From: Octopus sinensis
Taxonomy: Eukaryota
NCBI RefSeq assembly: GCF_006345805.1
Contig: NC_042997.1
Span: 155,992,001 to 156,056,000 of the forward strand
Length of the DNA stretch: 64,000 nt
Reading direction: 5' to 3'
The position numbers were made by a program, and so were the translations under genes. Under the pieces are notes generated by a model. That model searched no databases. It had not been told where the DNA came from and saw nothing but the letters and a program-made list of their open reading frames with translations. Shown in pieces: positions 54,056 through 64,000 of this stretch (its first letter is position 1; each line of letters begins with the position of its first letter).

Positions 54056-54769
54056 TTAATTTTATGATTTATATTACCTCAAGAATTAAAAGCTTAGAAT
54101 CTAGCCTTGGCATCATCTTTATTGGCATTCCATGCTGTACCTCACATTAGTCCATCCTTGAAGATTTCCAGTTGCATCTCAGGTATTTTTGTTAGAAAGG
54201 TGGCACTAGATCTTTACTCAACTCTTCTTCATTTCTAAAGAAAGATATGCTATGCTGTGAAACATCCCAAATGGCCCTTCTCATGGTACAGCATATCAAA
54301 GTCAAAGAAAATCAGCTGGTAATTTATTTATCATCTCTAGAAGGACGTGAAGCAAAGCTGACTTTGATAAGATTTGAACTCAGAGCTGGAACAAATAATA
54401 CATAGCATTTTATCTGATACTCTAAAGATGCTGCTAATTTCCCACCTTATTCCGCTGAGCATTAAGATTTGATAAAGAGAAAATAAATTTAGCTACTGCA
54501 TTAATAAGTTGAGTGACATATATAGAAAGTCTCTAATTGTCTTTGAAGTTATGCTGCTAACTTCAAGAAATGCTTTAGTCAGCAATTTACTGAAGATACA
54601 TAATAGAAAAATAAAGAAATTTTATAGATATTTCATATAACATTTCTTCAGAAATCATTCTTTCAAAACTGTATGCGGAGATATTTTGAAAATGTACTGC
54701 TGTTTCTCATAATAGAATTTAACTTAGCTTGCGTATGCATTAATTTATTTCGTATTGTTATTATTCAGC

Positions 54770-54935
54770 TCCAGATCAGTCCTGATCAAACAAACCCAAG
54801 ATCAAAGACAGTCCATTCATGATCAACTCGTATTTTTATTTTCAGTCTTTAAGATGGTAGACAGTGGTTTGAGAGAAATTTGGCTGCTATTTCTAGCGGA
54901 CCAAACGACCACATAGAGGCTCCTTTGATGGCTTG
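54770..54935 (+). repeat. Unclassified interspersed repeat family C
   Basis: Core GATTTGGCTGCTATTTCTAGC...GACCACATAGAGG recurs near 2100, 14755, 35480, 37970, 41810, 46170, 46600, 47220 and 47455. Confidence 0.6.
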
Positions 54936-55849
54936 ATTTACTTCATAAAACTTGTTCTAATGAACAATCTTACTCATAGATTGAAAAGGGTTTTGTGTAG
55001 TTAGAAATGTGGAAACACAGCATAGCAACATAGTCAAGGCTTGACTTAAAAATGGTGCATTAACCACACTAGTATTCTATGCTATTGATAGCTCACAATA
55101 CATTTACAAAAAGGAGCCATGACAATACATTACATCACACACCATAAAATAAAGGTAGATAGCAGGATTAAAAACACATTTTACCCAAAACAATGAGATT
55201 AATCATTGAAGCTATATGAATAGCACAATGCAAGGCAAAATTCACATGCATATATTGTACAGTGATAACGAAAAAAGACCACTCTCTGATATAGGATAAA
55301 ATAAGAAAGGGAGAAATATCAATATTTAGCCCCAGGCCAATCAAAGCCTTGTGAATGGATTCAGTAGATAGAAACTAAATGAAGCTTGTCACGTGTGTGT
55401 GTGTGCATGACAGTGTTTGTGTCTTGTTGTGACTGTGTGATTGTTCACCATAATACCAAGCATCACCATAATACAAGCAGTGTTGTTTGTATACCATCTT
55501 CCGTGGAAACATATTAAGCCATGGAGAAATATTAACTTAATTGGAAGTAGGTGTTGGTGACAGGAAGAGCATCTGGCCTTCAAAAATCTGCCTCAGCAAA
55601 CTCCATCTGATCCATTCAGGCATGAAAAATAAGCATTAAAATGAGGATGATGTTTATAATGATGATGATGTTGATGACATGCACACTCATACGTAGCTAA
55701 ATATGTATAGAGTGTAGTCAAACATATATATGCATGTCATCATGTTGCATGTTTGCTTATCTTTCCAGCCTTAGATCCAACTTTTCAAACATTTTTCATT
55801 TTTTGCCTTGGAAACAGTGACCATAGCATATCCCTCTCTTTAAAAAACA

Positions 55850-56090
55850 TCTATTATATAAAATCCGGTCTGTCTGTCTGTGTGCGTGTCTTCTAGGATC
55901 TCAGGCATCTTTCATGCGAGTGCGTTCAAATTTGATATGTAGATACCGATGGTATCAGGGCATGTATAAGTCTTGAAAAAATTACAAAAATCGATTCCAG
56001 GTGGGAATGCGATTGATAAAGCCATGGGAACATGCATTTGTACGCGCAAGTACATCAGCTGTTGCAATCGATACTATGCGTATGTGAGAA
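55850..56090 (+). mobile_element. Helitron-type 5' fragment
   Basis: A|TCTATTATATAAAA then CTGTCTGTCTGTGTG, as in the 52246 element; no CTAG end; abuts a hAT-like CAGTGTTTCTCAAA at 56093. Confidence 0.55.
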
Positions 56091-56364
56091 ATCAGTGTTT
56101 CTCAAAGGGGATGCCTATGGGACGGTCAGACAAGTTGTTTTGAGAAAATTTGGTTTAAATGTTTGACAACTCAGCATCGTCCATTGGACTGGGAGTGTTT
56201 TGCTCGTATAAAATATTACAATTCCTCATTCTAACAACTGTGAGTTTCCTTTTTTTCCTGAAACACAAATGCTCCTACAATATCATTAACATTACAGAGG
56301 AATCCCTTATGTGGCTGTTAAACTCACTCTTATCTTATGCTACTGTCTTCAAATAAGAAGGACA

Positions 56365-57140
56365 TGTTATAATAATGATAGTGAAATTATTGTGTATTGT
56401 GCTTAGGTGCACTACAACTCATCAAAGGAGTGTCTATAGTATAGAGAATTATGTGCAAAAGTCAGGAAAATGAACAGTGTATGAATCATGATATACATGT
56501 GTGCATGCATATGGAGGGTATATATCAGATGTAGTGTTGGCAAATTTCAGGAAGCATGGTGGTTTTAAAGGATGTAATGTCTCAGCAGCTAACAACTGAT
56601 GCAGGTAATTTGTTCCATGCTTCAGCAACTCTGAGAGTGAAAAAATGTTTCCAAAAGTCATGAGAGCTGTGCTGTTTTCAGACTTTGTAGGCATGCCTAT
56701 GTGTGTTAGACACATAGAGTTCAAAAAAGTGCTCAAGGTGGTTGTTGGCTTGAGGGTTAATAATTTTGTGGGTGTTTACCAAGTCAGTTGCCAGACGTTG
56801 GAGCTTCAATATATCTATGCCCAGAGATATGCCTGGTGGAGGCAATTCACTAGGCTGCATGTCTCTGAACAGTTTCCAGGAGGTCAATGTCCTGAGCAAG
56901 TTAGGGGTTCTAGACTAAAGATGCAAATTCCAAGTGTGGCTACACCATAGCCATATATAGCCTTAAATAGATAGCTGGAGAGCGGCTGACAAACATCTTG
57001 CTGAGTGATGCCAAGACACCCTCAGCCTTCTTGACAATTTTAGCGATGTGCTTTGCTCAGCACAAATCGCTGTTGACAGTAATGCCCAGATCACATTCAC
57101 AAGAAGACTTCTTGATAAACAAGTATGTCATTTTTCTACA
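56365..57140 (-). mobile_element. CR1-type LINE 3' end
   Basis: Frameshifted C-terminus ...LKLQRLATDLVNTHKII...FFELYVSNTHRHAYKV..., then FFTLRVAEAWNKLPASVVSC; short 3' UTR. Confidence 0.8.
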
Positions 57141-57189
57141 TAAGCTCCTTCTTCTTTGATGCACTTGCTACTGCAGTCCACAAGCTTGC

Positions 57190-57620
57190 ATATTTGAGTC
57201 TCAAAAGAAGGGTTAGCATCACCTTTCCCATGGAAGACTGAGTTTTGAATTTCTTTGTTGCTGGCAAGCCAGGATGTTTCCACTCCATATTCTGTCTTTT
57301 AGATTCTGCCTCATAATGACAGACCCATGTTTCATCTCCTGTGACTATTCTGCTCAAAACCTCTTTGCCCTCATTATTGTAGTGATTGAGTAAATGTTGG
57401 CAGAGCTCAAGACGTTTACGCTTGTTCTCTGCAGTAAGCTCTCTTGGCACCCATCTTGCACAGACTTTATGGAAGCCGAGCTCATCATGGATGATTTGAT
57501 AGGCAGAACCATGACTAATCAGCAGAAAATGAGCTACGTCATTGATGATAGCCAGTTCACTATTACCATCTTTTGAGCTTGCTGAATCTTCTTGTCAGTG
57601 GTGGAGGTTGACAGGAATCC
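57190..57620 (-). mobile_element. Tc1/mariner transposase remnant
   Basis: IIHDELGFHKVCARWVPRELT...RIVTGDETWVCHYEAESKRQNMEW (WVPHEL-like motif and first catalytic D). Confidence 0.9.
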
Positions 57621-57931
57621 TGACACACCTGACACACCTTCTGACCAGAGAAATCAGATCACTACTCTTTGTTTTTCTTTGGTGCACATTGCTAGTGGAG
57701 CAGCCTTGCCTACACTGTAAATTCAGAAAGAAAAATGGCGTGATCTGGCTTAAACTTCAATAATGTAACCACAATAGTATCAACTATAAATACACATGCA
57801 CAGGGGGCAGTATGACAATAATAAAGATAGGCTATAGTGAAAGTATGGATAATTTTTGACTTCCTCTCATATATATATAAATATATGTGTGTGTTAAAAA
57901 CATATACATATACATACATACATGTACATAT

Positions 57932-58120
57932 ATGAAAGTTCCTGGTTTTGAGTAAAAGAAAATACAGGAGGATCAGCCAACATATTCCCCTCTCAGATTC
58001 ATGCACTTATTGCAGCAGTCCTTCAATTTTTCTAATCCCTGTATAAGAACTTGAAAGGTTGGACCTCCATCCAAGCCTTTCATGATACCCTTAAAGTCAG
58101 GAATTTTCAGCATCCCCTCG
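57932..58120. mobile_element. mariner-type MITE
   Basis: Right end reads TACGAGGGGATGCTGAAAATTCCTG on the minus strand next to TA; left end has the partial TIR TGAAAGTTCCTGG. Confidence 0.65.
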
Positions 58121-58194
58121 TACATATACATACATACATACATACATACATACATACATACATACATACAAACATACATACATACATACATACA

Positions 58195-58227
<33 letters not shown>

Positions 58228-58365
58228 GTATATATGTATATATATGTACATATATATGTATATATAATATACATATATATATGTTCATATATATATGTGT
58301 ATATATATGTACACATATATACATACATGCATGGGTGCACACACACATGCACACACACTCACACA

Positions 58366-58415
<50 letters not shown>
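58121..58415. repeat. Compound (TACA)n/(TA)n/(CA)n microsatellite
   Basis: Seen directly. Similar tracts at 6070-6257, 6640-6740, 7740-7876, 24580-24670, 38490-38702 and 51500-51605. Confidence 0.95.
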
Positions 58416-58417
<2 letters not shown>

Positions 58418-59111
58418 TGTTGTTTGCTTGACACGAACATACCGATAATCCACCAAAATTTATTGTAAAATAAGGACATTCATTTTCATTTATAAAATAA
58501 CAACGATCTAAAATTTAATTTCTACATTTTACATTGAAATTCAATAATGGTTTCAAAACCTTTCTCTGATTAAAAATATTGGTTCTGGTAGAGAGAACAG
58601 AGAGACTCCCTGATTTTGTTAGATAACTTTCCTGATTTATTAATGGTCAATGTAAAGGTAGTTATTAATGGAAATTGCCTGTGGCTCATATTGAATCCAG
58701 TCACTCTAAAATATTCCTGGAAATAAAACCATGCACCTCTTTATCACTTCCTATATTGATTCTTGCTTCAACAGAGTTTGGCTGTAGGTATTTTTACTAC
58801 ATTCTTATACAATTCTGAAAACCATTTTTGATGTGAGGATTTCAAGTTCCTCAGTTCCGCATAACAAAGGCACCACATTTTACTTTATGTCAATAAATTG
58901 GTATTCCAGATAGACGTTGTTTATTCACTAATTCTATCAGAATTTCAAATAAGATTTGGGTCATCGTATCATCATATAAATGACTAAATTAACATTCCAA
59001 ATTGACTTCCTACAATTAATTAATGAATTACATTATCATAGATTCAATTTCAGACATTGGATTATTTCTTCAATACATTGGTGAAATTAATTTTTTTTTT
59101 TCCCTTTTCAG

Positions 59112-59147
59112 TAAGAAACATCAACAATAATTCCTGGTTATCTAAAT
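59112..59147 (+). other. Candidate 36-nt plus-strand exon of an unidentified transcript
   Basis: Strong acceptor ttttttttttcccttttcag and donor |GTAAGT; one open frame (xRNINNNSWLSK), symmetric phase 1-1. No homology recognised. Confidence 0.3.
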
Positions 59148-59267
59148 GTAAGTCATATGTATTCTTTTCTTTATTACATTTCTTTCAAAATGATCCATGG
59201 GAGAGCCTCAACTTGACCTGTAAGAAATACCAGTGAAGTCTCCCTCAAAACCACTGTATCATCTTAA

Positions 59268-59709
59268 CTCATTTGTTACCATATTTCTTTATTGCTTTAT
59301 TGCCCACAAGGGGCTAAACATAGAGAGGATAAATAAGGACAGACAAAGGGAAAAAGTCAATTACATCGACCCCAGTGCATAACTGGTACTTAATTTATTG
59401 ACCTCGAAAGGATGAAAGGCAAAGTCGACCTCGGCAGAATTTGAACTCAGAACGTAACAGCAGACGAAATATTGCTAAGCATTTCGCCCCGCGTGCTAAC
59501 GTTTCTGCCAGTTTGCTGCCTTGTTACCATATTTCTGTTAAGATGAACTGTCTTTGTTTCAATAAATTTTGAAAATTACGAAGAACTTAATAAAATAACA
59601 TTGTTATTAATAAGCTGTGTTTGGAATATAAATTAATATAGATCACTTTATAGCAGAAGGTTTGTATCCTAAACCAAGGGTAATTTTAGGCTTGTTGATA
59701 TTAAAACAG
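59268..59709. mobile_element. Older piggyBac-type MITE interrupted by a SINE
   Basis: TTAA at 59264 and 59710; body homologous to 4615-4812 once 59289-59536 is removed. Confidence 0.65.
59289..59520 (-). mobile_element. tRNA-derived SINE family D with 16-bp TSD
   Basis: TSD TTGTTACCATATTTCT at 59273 and 59521; head GGCAGCAAACTGGCAGAAACGTTAGC...GAGTTCAAATTC; conserved GTCGACTTTGCCTTTCATCC. Confidence 0.9.
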
Positions 59710-59877
59710 TTAAGTAAACATTTGAAAGTATAGCCCTAAATGCCTCTAAAAAAGAGGGGATAGTCATGCCTGGAATGCTTTTGATCACGTGACTGCATGA
59801 TCAGGATTCACCTGAGGCTGGACAAAATGACAACTGCCAATATTCATATTTTAAAATATAGACAGTAAATTATCAAA

Positions 59878-60095
59878 ATCATCGTCATCGTCATCATCAT
59901 CACCACCACCACCACCACCACCACCACCACCACCACCACTGCTGCCACCACCGCTGCTGCTGCCACTGCTGCTGCCACTGCTGCTGCCACTGCTGCTGCC
60001 ACTGCTGCTGCTGCCACTGCTGCTGCCACTGCTGCTGCTGCCACCGCCACCACCACCACCACCACCACCACCATCACCACCGCCACCATCATCAT
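59878..60095. repeat. Compound trinucleotide microsatellite (CAT/CAC/TGC)
   Basis: Contiguous with the CAT tail of the family-B element at 60085. Confidence 0.95.
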
Positions 60096-60414
60096 TTAAT
60101 GTCCATTTTCTATGCTGGCATGGGCTGGATGGTTTGACAAAAGCTGGCAAGCTTGATGACTGTGCCAAGTGCTATTGTTTGTTTTGGCATGGTTTCTATA
60201 GCTGGATGCTCTTCTTATAGCTAATCATTGCAATATTGGATAAAGTACTTTGCAGTAGTAAATTGCAGCACTTAATATTCTGAGTTCAAATTCTGCCATG
60301 GTCAACTTTATTTTTCATCTTTCTGTAGCTGATAAAATAAAGTACCAGTCAAGTACTCCAATGAATTTAATTGATTATACATTCCCACAAAATGTGTGGC
60401 TCTCTACCAATGTT

Positions 60415-60800
60415 AGAAATCATGGCTATGTGATTAAGAAGTTTGCTTTCCAACCACATGGTTTTGGGTTCATTCTCACTGCGTGGTACCATGGGCAAGT
60501 GTCTCCTACTATAGCCTTGGATTTGACAGATGGAAACTGAAAGAAGCCCATTATATATGTGTGTTTGTGTGTGTATGTGTCTACTTGTCTTGACATCACA
60601 TGATAGTTGTAAGCAAGTGTCACCATCATGCTTGTGGTGTCGTTTATTTCCAGGAAAACATTTCTTGCCGAGAGGAAACATCTTACTTGGAAACAGATGA
60701 GGGCTGGCATCTGACCATTGAAAGTCTACTGCAACAAATTCAATCTGATCTATGCAAGCATGGAAAAGTGGACATTAAAACAATGATGGTGATGAAGACA
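60415..60800 (+). mobile_element. SINE with family-A head and RTE-type (ATG)n tail
   Basis: Family-A head; 3' end GCATGGAAAAGTGGACATTAAAACAATGATG. Related pieces at ~6740-6960, 11720-11940 and 55320-55670. Confidence 0.7.
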
Positions 60801-60909
60801 GCATATATAGGAAAGATAACAATATTAGCTAGGACATGTAATGTAAGTGAATGATTTATTCATGACATAAATGTATACTTCAAGTATATGGCTGACAAGA
60901 AATGAATTG

Positions 60910-60910
60910 T

Positions 60911-60951
<41 letters not shown>

Positions 60952-60976
60952 TACTACTACTACTACTACTACTACT
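60910..60976. repeat. (TAC)n microsatellite
   Basis: Seen directly; absent at the matching position of the other inverted-repeat arm. Confidence 0.95.
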
Positions 60977-61460
60977 TTATGTTGATATCAAATCTTTACC
61001 CAAGGCTGCCAAAGGAAACGCATACCTTGACTAATAAAGCAAATCTCTGAGATATATTAATAATATAAGCTAATGTTTGAGAATGATCCATTTTCAAAGC
61101 AAATGTGAAATTGTCTTGCCATTAAAGGTATTAAGCAATTCTTACAATAAATAATTACATTAGCTAGGACATCCAATGTAAATGGATACTGCATTCCTGA
61201 TGTAAACAGGGAAAAATTACAGTGGATTGTTGATGAAAAGTTTTCAAGGTGGAAACAAATAAAGGAAATCCTTGGCTGAAGTAGATAGAGTAGACTTCGG
61301 AATGTTGGGCCTTACAGAGGATGTAATTTAAGATCAAGATGCATGGAAAGATTATATAACATAGGCTTATTCAATCTTGTATTGAAGGTGGGTTTTCTTG
61401 ATACATGTGGTGAACTATTCTGGGTGTTGGTGAATCATCTGTATATTTTGCTTTGTGTGC

Positions 61461-62160
61461 ACTGGTATGGTCATGTACTACAGATGGATGAGGAGAGATG
61501 CCTTAAGAAGTGCCACTCCTAAACAGTTGAAGGAATCCGGGGTAGACATAGACCAGGAAGACATGGGATGAGGTAGTCAAGCATGACCTTTGAACTTTGG
61601 GCCTCACAGAAGCAATGACGAAAGACCAAGATCTCTGGAGATATGCTGTGACTGCAAAGACCCAACAAATAACGTGAGTTCATGGCTGTTTCCTGCACTA
61701 GTTTCACATAGCAGCCCCAGCCCATCCAAAGTACTTTGGATTGCAGAATGGCCTGCTGTGTTTACCTTGGATTGTAGGGCAACCTGCTGTGCTTGAGGAG
61801 ACCTATTAAGTCAAGTACATCAACATCAAAATAAAAATCACATGGAAATTGTAGTTGTGATACCTGTGCCAGTGGCACATAAAAATCACCATCCAAATGT
61901 GTCCGATGCCAGTGCTGCCTTGACTGGCTTCTGTGCCAGTGGCACATAAAAAGCACCAACCGATCGTGGTCGCTGCCAGCCTCCCCTGGCACCTGTGCTG
62001 GTGGCACATAAAACCACCCACTACACTCATGGAGTGGTTGGCGTTAGGAAGGGCATCCAGCTGTAGAAAAACTGCCAGATCAGACTGGAATCTGGTGAAC
62101 TGGTTGAACTGTCCAACCCATGCTAGCATGGAAAACGGATGTTAAACGATGATGATGATG
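61461..62160 (+). mobile_element. 5'-truncated RTE LINE 3' end (same family as 12420-13832)
   Basis: WYGHVLQMDEERCLKKCH... RT C-terminal motif; same 3' UTR; tail GTTAAACGATGATGATG. Confidence 0.9.
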
Positions 62161-63587
62161 TTTAGTCAGAGTATGAAGGGCAATGCTGATGAATTTTTCA
62201 GTGGATTTTTTTCGTTAACCATCGTAATTTAATGACTGCTTTCCATGCCGGCCATGGGTTTGATGGTTCAACAGGAGCTGGTAAGATTTAACATTGCCAT
62301 CTGGTCCATGGAGCCTTTAACAGTGTCCATTAAGTTGCATGTGTTTCAGTCAACACTGGTTTGAAAATAACATGCTCACCCTTTTTCCAGAACTCCTAAA
62401 AATAGTCATCAGTACTACCTTTCATCCTCTGACTAAGCCATAAAAACAAAATATACAGATGATTCAACAACACCCAGAATAGTTCACCACATGTATCAAG
62501 AAAACCCACCTTCAATACAAGATTGAATAAGCCTATGTTATATAATCTTTCCATGCATCTTGATCTTAAATTACATCCTCTGTAAGGCCCAACATTCCGA
62601 AGTCTACTCTATCTACTACGTCCAAGGATTTCCTTTATTTGTTTCCACCTTGAAAACTTTTCATCAACAATCCACTGTAATTTTTCCCTGTTTACATCAG
62701 GAATGCAGTATCCATTTACATTGGATGTCCTAGCTAATGTAATTATTTATTGTAAGAATTGCTTAATACCTTTAATGGCAAGACAATTTCACATTTGCTT
62801 TGAAAATGGATCATTCTCAAACATTAGCTTATATTATTAATATAACTCAGAGCTTTGTCTTATTAGTTGAGGTATGGATCTATTTTGGCAAACCTGGCGA
62901 AAGATTTGATATAAACACGAATAATAACTCATTTGCCATCAGCCACACTCCTAAATTATACATTTATATCATAAATGAATCATTCACTTACATTACATGT
63001 CCTAGCTAATATTGTTGTTTATCCTGTATACATTGTCCAATACCATCGATGCCTTGACATTTTTGCAACTCACTTTACTTTCACTTTTCCTTTTAAATCA
63101 ATATTGCATGAACCAATGAGAGGGCAGTTACTAAAACTGCTAGAAACAGCAGTTGAATCTTCCTTAAGTCACATCGTACTGTTTTGAATAAAGAAAGTAG
63201 TCCTCAATATACACAAAGATGGAATGGTCATAGCTATAATGGCTTTAATCAAAGGTCTACTCAATCAAGGGTGATCTCCAATGAACAACAATAACAGCAT
63301 CAACATTACTCATCTTCTGGATCATTATTCTTCAACCTCTGTAGATCCAATGAATTCAGAGGCCATTTCTCACTGCCTTATAATATTCTTCCACATGCTT
63401 CATAGATTTAGGAGATAATAGAATATATCTCTTCCTACTAAACTATCTGAGCTGACCATAGCCTTCAGTTAGTGGCTGATCATATGATTAGCTTCTGTAG
63501 TGCACCTAGAACTTTGATGTCTTTGAAATGAATTATATTGCCTGATTGGAGTGCTTCTACCAGCACTGCTTCAGTAGCATTCTCAAG

Positions 63588-63644
<57 letters not shown>

Positions 63645-63702
63645 GTTATTATTATTATCATCATCATTATTATTATCATCATCATTATTATTATTATTAT
63701 TA

Positions 63703-63784
<82 letters not shown>

Positions 63785-63800
63785 CAGTAGCAGCAGCAGC
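63588..63800. repeat. (ATT)n/(CAT)n/(AGT)n/(AGC)n compound microsatellite
   Basis: Seen directly. Confidence 0.95.
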
Positions 63801-64000
63801 TGTAATGGAAAGAATGCCAAATTGTTGAGTCTAGAAAATATTTTTCTCAACTGATCAGTATGTCTTTCAACAACCTGATAAATCTATCTTATTTAACAAA
63901 ATTTTCTTTCATTTTCTGGTTTTAAGTTATGATTTCTACATTGAAATCTAGTCCCTGTGTAACATGGTTAAATCTCTAGTTTTAGGAAAACTATTGAAGA

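Larger units (their letters stand above)
60795..63035. repeat. Long inverted repeat (arms ~60795-61450 and ~62447-63035)
   Basis: Core 61053-61450 vs 62447-62844 has 4 mismatches in 398 bp; outer parts roughly 80% identical. Confidence 0.9.

Noticed and set aside
58051-58479. Stacked ORFs of YI/HT/CV/MYVC repeats (also 6100-6757, 7701-8062, 38336-38839, 51383-51788)
   Set aside because: Translations of (TA)n, (TACA)n and (CA)n microsatellites.
59844-60168. Poly-Ala/Val and poly-Gly/Ser ORFs; poly-Ile/Leu ORFs at 63538-63854
   Set aside because: Trinucleotide repeats are stop-free in several frames; the first grows out of a retroelement (ATG)n tail.
63200-63590. Faint RTE-like peptide on the minus strand (WPLNSLDLQRLKNND)
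   Set aside because: Too degraded to delimit.

Overview
AT-rich, microsatellite-dense eukaryotic DNA. The SINE, RTE-tail and (TA)n/(TACA)n repertoire points to a coleoid cephalopod, most likely Octopus (inference). One host coding exon is recognisable: 39154-39104 on the minus strand, MSSFKLGIIRLGRAAGK followed by a GT donor, matching the N-terminus of ZMYND19/MIZIP. I could not find its downstream exons in the 39 kb below it. The exon sits in a ~10 kb CpG-retaining domain (~33.2-43.2 kb) flanked by CpG-depleted DNA. The rest is mostly decayed mobile elements: tRNA-derived SINEs, RTE and CR1-type LINE pieces, mariner remnants, TTAA-flanked piggyBac-type MITEs, hAT MITEs, Helitron-type elements and Penelope-like remnants. 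Best leads: (1) a complete type I hammerhead ribozyme at 52955-53047 (+) and a minimal one at 17191-17225 (-); (2) a 1.08 kb TTAA-flanked palindrome whose arms differ sharply in CpG decay, apparently recording a methylation boundary; (3) a ~2.2 kb inverted-repeat structure with a 398 bp ~99% identical core inside ~80% identical outer arms; (4) DNA transposons inserted at the same position of two neighbouring SINE copies. Everything was read by eye with no searches. Repeat boundaries are approximate unless a TSD or TIR is quoted, and family names come from recall of motifs.
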